25,358 nucleotides of DNA from Octopus sinensis (lineage: Eukaryota), in NCBI RefSeq assembly GCF_006345805.1, contig NW_021836215.1:1-25358 (forward strand), read 5' to 3'. Made by a program: the position numbers and the translations under genes. The notes under the pieces are model-generated. The model saw only the letters and a program-made list of their open reading frames with translations. It did not search any database and was not told the origin of the DNA. This document shows, piece by piece, positions 21,412-25,358 of the stretch. The first letter of the stretch is position 1, and every line of letters begins with the position of its first letter.

Positions 21412-22436
21412 TTTATTATTATTATCTAATTAAAATCCAGATCTTCAGGATTTCTTTCTTCGCTTGGAAGAAGATTTTCCATAAACTTCCTTTATTTTCT
21501 ATTTCTGCGTCAATGATTTTATTCACTGAGTGTCCTCACGACATGCCAGCTCCGCAAGTTGATTGGCGGCAGAGCATACTCCTCGTTGTCTACCTTCATC
21601 CATGTCTGTGCTCGATAAGCATACTCTTTAGCGTCCTCTTCAGCACAACCGACTGGATGTATGTCCTCGTTCCTTCGTCAATGGATAACTTGTCCATATG
21701 ACTTTTAAAGAACTTTGAAACAACTCCATCCCATGCCAAGACAATTGGAATAATCTTCACTTTTGCTTAATAGAAAACCGACAGTTCGCTTGCAAGCAGG
21801 TCGTATTTGTGAAATTTCTCTACTTAACTTGCTTTAAACGGTCTTGCAAAGTAATTTCCACTTTGATTAAATGAATTAATTTTTTCCTTTGTCATAAACC
21901 AAAATATCAGGTTTATTGAATTGGACTTTCGTTTCAGTCATAATTGACGTGTCAACTCTGATTTCGACATTTTGGGTCGACATTATTGACACAACCGAAT
22001 GTTCTTTCAATTTCCTGCTTCGTTTAATTCCATACATACGACACAAGTAAAGATGAATACACTTTACCACTTCGTTGTGTCTTCGGAGATAATCACTGTT
22101 TAGCATCCTACCACACCGAGTGGCTAGATGGTCAACAGTCTGCCTGTTTTTTTCCAATGGATGTATTGGGATCCCGTGTATGCAAAAAACAAATTCCCAT
22201 CTTGCAAAAGATAGTACAATGCTTCGCTCCGTGGACTATTGTTCCCTTTCGATAGCCATTGCAAAGAAGTAGATATGTCAACATCTGATTCCTTTATACA
22301 TTTGAACATCATTGAGTGTAGTGATTTACAGTTGATTCGGTTAAGCAAGAGTTTCCTTTGTGCGTCCTTCAGTAACTCAATGGTCAGATTTTCCCCGCCG
22401 ACAGCTGCATATTTATCTCACATCGATACTAAATGA
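21412..22436 (-). mobile_element. R4/Dong-like non-LTR retrotransposon 3' fragment (CCHC + RLE)
   Basis: LQWLSKGNNSPRSEA..LQD, TVDHLATRC..YLRRHNEVVKCIHL, NKPDILVYDK, ..AWDG..SHMDKL..YIQSVVLKRTL. Ends in (TAA)4 (+ strand TTA x4, 21413-21424). Confidence 0.85.
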
Positions 22437-22444
22437 ATTTTTAA

Positions 22445-23870
22445 CAACAACACCATTCCACGGGTATGGAAAATTGGGAAAATTATCACGAAATTGAAAC
22501 CACATAAACCAGCAGCCGACCCATCATCACACAGACCAATCACACTTTTGTACACCACATAAAAAATAAACGGCTAAACAAAATATCTCATAAACTTCCA
22601 ATTAGCAAAATCTAACATGGCTTCGGACAATATCATTTAACGACAACTCTACTCACAAAAATGACACAAACAAAATCAAACGGATTTAACAAAAAATTCT
22701 TCCCTTCGGGAAATATTAATCACCCTAGATCTAAACAAAGCTTTTGACTTCATTCCGAGACTCTCACTAATAAAAAAATCATTAATACAAATATCGATAA
22801 TAACTCAAAACGATGGCTATTCAACTACATCAGTGGGAAAAAAAGTTTATGTACAATTCAGCATAAAACGCTCAAATACACGCATCCTTCCCAATAAAGT
22901 ACCTTAGGGCTCTGTCCTATCCCCTACACTTTTCAACGCTTACCTAAGTGACATTTTTACACCACCCGAAAATGTATTTCTGTTCCTATACGCAAATGAT
23001 ATTACGATCACATCATCAAACAAAAATTCAATGGCAGCATGTCGCCAAGTTCAACCATTCATTGATACCCTGTATAACTGGATCACTTTAAACGGGCAAT
23101 TCCTATAAAAATCATCAACCACTCTTCTAACAGTACAAGAAAACAAAATTTCACTCCGACAATCAAAATCAACAATATCTAAATTCCCCACACAAAAACA
23201 GTCAAAATACTCTGGATAACGTACGATATCTCCTTATCATTTCGCCAACACACAAATTCAAATGCAAAATGAATGCTTTCCGCTCACTCTTCAGAACAGA
23301 TTTTGGACAAAACAACGAATGCCTAATACTCCTATACAAACAGTACATTCTTCCAATATTGGACCATGCAAGTCCATCATGGGCGCCTCTGTTGTCAAAA
23401 ACACTTCTTCAGAAACTAAAATCAATCCAAAACCAGCACTCAAAATCATTAAGAGCTATATGAAGTCTCAGACCGTCCATATGCATATGGAAACCAGCCT
23501 GATCTAACTTGCAGACCATTTCGACATCTGTGGAACCTAATTCCTTGCTTCAGCAAATATGATCAAAAACCACCAAAGTCACAATCTTACAACACCAACC
23601 CCTGACAGAAACATCAAAAACACACCAGCACTCCACTACTGCCGAATACTAAACTCATTCTCCAACAAAACATTATCGGAAATAAAAGAACTAAATCCTC
23701 CTTAAACGCACTAACCACAAACAATATCCTCAACAATCATCCCCAAAAATAAACACAGCTGAAAAGGATCTCAGCAGCAAGATCGGGTCGAACTCCCAAA
23801 TTTCGCTGTGGGCATCATCCTTACTTCTCGAATATCAAAACAAACTGGATAAGGATGTCGATCCGTCAAG
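22445..23870 (+). mobile_element. APE-type LINE (jockey/I/L2-group) RT and 3' region, heavily decayed
   Basis: IPRVWKIGKII..KPHK..SHRPITLL, LDLNKAFD, WLFNYISG, VP*GSVLSPTLFNAYLSD, YANDITI, LYKQYILPILDHASPSWAP, FRCGHHP. Confidence 0.85.
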
Positions 23871-23877
23871 TTCAATC

Positions 23878-24270
23878 TGATCTGAATTAGAATAGAACAG
23901 CTTATTTGACAGAATTAACTAATTATTGACGAATAATTTATTATAAATGAAAATTGTTAAAAAATATAGCTATTAAGTACTAGCTCGCAAAATTGAAAGA
24001 CATTCCCGCGTAAAATTATTGAAATATTGTAGCAGACTAAAATTGTCATTGATTAGCTTTTTACTTGTTATTTAATAGTAAATTAAGAGTGGCCATATGG
24101 CCATATGCATATAATCTATAAACTAGGACTACATACCACGGAAAAAGCATATAAATGACACTTGAACATAAAAGCGACCTTCAGTGGTTGCGGGGCATAA
24201 AAAGGAAGAGCCTCATTTTCACACCAAAAAATTAAAATGGCACGAAAAGTTTTAAAAATTTTTGACCGTT
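23878..24270. repeat. Repeat X copy 4 (site A filled; third variant of the middle segment)
   Basis: TGATCTGAATTAG..ATTGACGAAT[insert]..AAATATTGTAGCAGACT..TGGCCATATGGCCA..GCGACC-N6-GGTTGC..CATAAAAAGG..TTTTTGACCGTT. Confidence 0.85.
23935..24010 (-). mobile_element. ~76-bp insert in X site A, probable extreme 3' end of a CRE-like element
   Basis: Absent from empty copies 1 and 3. The minus strand begins CGCGGGAAT (RGN; identical 9-mer at 13268-76). With one indel it reads RGN.LSILRAST*, similar to the ..RGN..AS.* termini at 12287 and about 15010-15045. No clean poly-A; the right TSD is decayed. Confidence 0.5.
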
Positions 24271-24385
24271 CTCAATGACTCAGCTGCCCGAACTGCAAGT
24301 TGATACTCATTGACAATTTTCTATTCATAAATCTAACATGCGAGCTTTTTTTGAGTATAATTATGCATGATTTGAGTGGTCAGTC

Positions 24386-25358
24386 GATCATGAATAGAAG
24401 GCACGTTGTCACAAACGGGGAATATAGATAAGAAACTTTTATTCTAATATCTAAGCAGATGGAAAAATTTTGAACAGAAATATAAAAACATACGAATGAT
24501 CTGAATTAGAATAAATCAGCTCATTTCCTAGAATTAACTAATGATTGACGAATTTTTTTTTTGAACCGATATGGTTTAATTATGAAATGTAAAAAGATAG
24601 CTAAGCTAATTAAAGGCCTCACGAGACCCACGCCAGTTTCGCGAATGGCGAAGCCGTTCCCTCGGATCACAGCATTGACGAATTAATTAAAATATTGTAG
24701 CAGACTATAACTGTCATTGATTAGCTTTTTACTTGTAATTTAATAATAAATAATAACTGGCCGCATGGCCATATGGATAGCAATCCATAAACTCAGAATT
24801 CAAATCACACCAATAGGAGAAGCAATTGAAAATGCTACCCTCGGTGGTTTCGAGGCATAAAAAGGCAAAGCCTCATTTTTAACACCAAAAAATCAAATTG
24901 GAATGGAAAGTGTGCTAAAACAATTGAAGCATCAATTTATTTTTCAAACTTCAAATCAATAATATTTAGTTGTTAAAATTTGTGACAGTTTGAGATTTTG
25001 AATGTCAGGTCAGTGAGAACCTAAACAATCTGACAAATCTTTTATCTTTCGTTTTAAAAATGAGAAGGCTTGGGAACCAGTACTTTTCTGACAAAAACAG
25101 GACTGTCACTGTGAACAAAGCGATGGTTCTTACAAAAAATCGAGTACGAGGTCTTTGAATGACTTATTTGAAGAAGAATGCTATACAAGCTGATGCACGT
25201 GAGGATTTCTTCTCTGGTGATTAACGATGCCTGAGATGCCCAGTTTAGCGAGTTTCGGGGAAAGTGGGTCTTTTAAGCCTTCTAACAATTCAGAAGATAC
25301 ACCGAATACTGCTTGGCATGCCAAAGTCAATGTTCTACAAATATGGTAGCGTGCGGTA
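24386..25358. repeat. Repeat X copy 5 (longest; site A filled; runs off the window)
   Basis: Aligns with copy 1 from about ATC.TGAA.AGAAGG..ACAAAC.GGGAATA and with copy 3 to the window end. Confidence 0.9.
24555..24673 (-). mobile_element. 119-bp retro-insertion (CRE-like 3' end) in X site A
   Basis: Exact 11-bp TSD ATTGACGAATT (24544-54, 24674-84). T10 run at 24553-62 is a poly-A tail on the minus strand. The minus strand starts AVIRGNGFAI, the conserved A(I/V).RGN terminus of the RLE ORFs in this window. Confidence 0.8.

Noticed and set aside
550-23507. Many short ORFs in the track (e.g. 550-783, 2350-2565, 3026-3331, 4151-4387, 9237-9497, 9574-9801, 9866-10078, 11912-12112, 14206-14421, 15860-16099, 17519-17803, 20526-20744, 21513-21701)
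   Set aside because: They are antisense or alternative-frame shadows of TE, AGA or CTLD coding sequence, or of TIRs, with no independent motifs.
12560-25358. Repeat X as a spliced-leader RNA or snRNA gene array (the classic CRE target)
   Set aside because: Sm-like AATTTT(T)GA strings occur, but these are expected in AT-rich DNA. I found no short exon plus conserved GT donor upstream of them and no recognisable snRNA. Unsupported without trans-splicing or small-RNA data.
12560-25358. X copies as LTRs of an LTR retrotransposon, or as a CRISPR-like array
   Set aside because: No TG..CA ends, PBS, PPT, gag or integrase between copies; the intervening DNA is LINE and DNA-transposon debris. Units are hundreds of bp and irregularly spaced, in a eukaryotic context.
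24903-25358. Plus-strand frame MESVLKQLKHQFIFQ.. with shared TGA codons, suggesting recoding
   Set aside because: It also contains TAA and TAG, and TGA-as-Trp gives implausible W clusters. AGA uses the standard code. The minus-strand frame explains the sequence better.

Overview
This is AT-rich eukaryotic DNA in the standard genetic code, and most of it is decayed, nested transposable elements. DNA transposons: four hAT elements with TIRs and TSDs plus one hAT fragment, one Tc1 with long TIRs, and two pogo/Tigger elements. Retroelements: several APE-type LINE fragments, one R4/Dong-like fragment, and seven 3'-end fragments of CRE-like (restriction-like endonuclease, RLE) elements. Two host loci can be read once 25-30 nt GT-AG micro-introns are removed. 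One is aspartylglucosaminidase (AGA, 9071-10268, +, 7 exons), intact except for one frameshift. The other is a decayed multi-C-type-lectin-domain gene (about 20020-21395, +) that the ORF track mostly misses. The tiny introns and animal-like genes suggest a compact-intron animal parasite such as a myxozoan; this is inference. The most striking structure is an unclassified ~1 kb repeat ('X') with five co-oriented copies in 12.5-25.4 kb. Two copies have an empty ATTGACGAATT site. The other three carry different inserts at that site, two clearly CRE-like and one probably so, in both orientations. This suggests sequence-specific targeting of one repeat by RLE retrotransposons. All alignments and translations were done by eye; no database searches were run.
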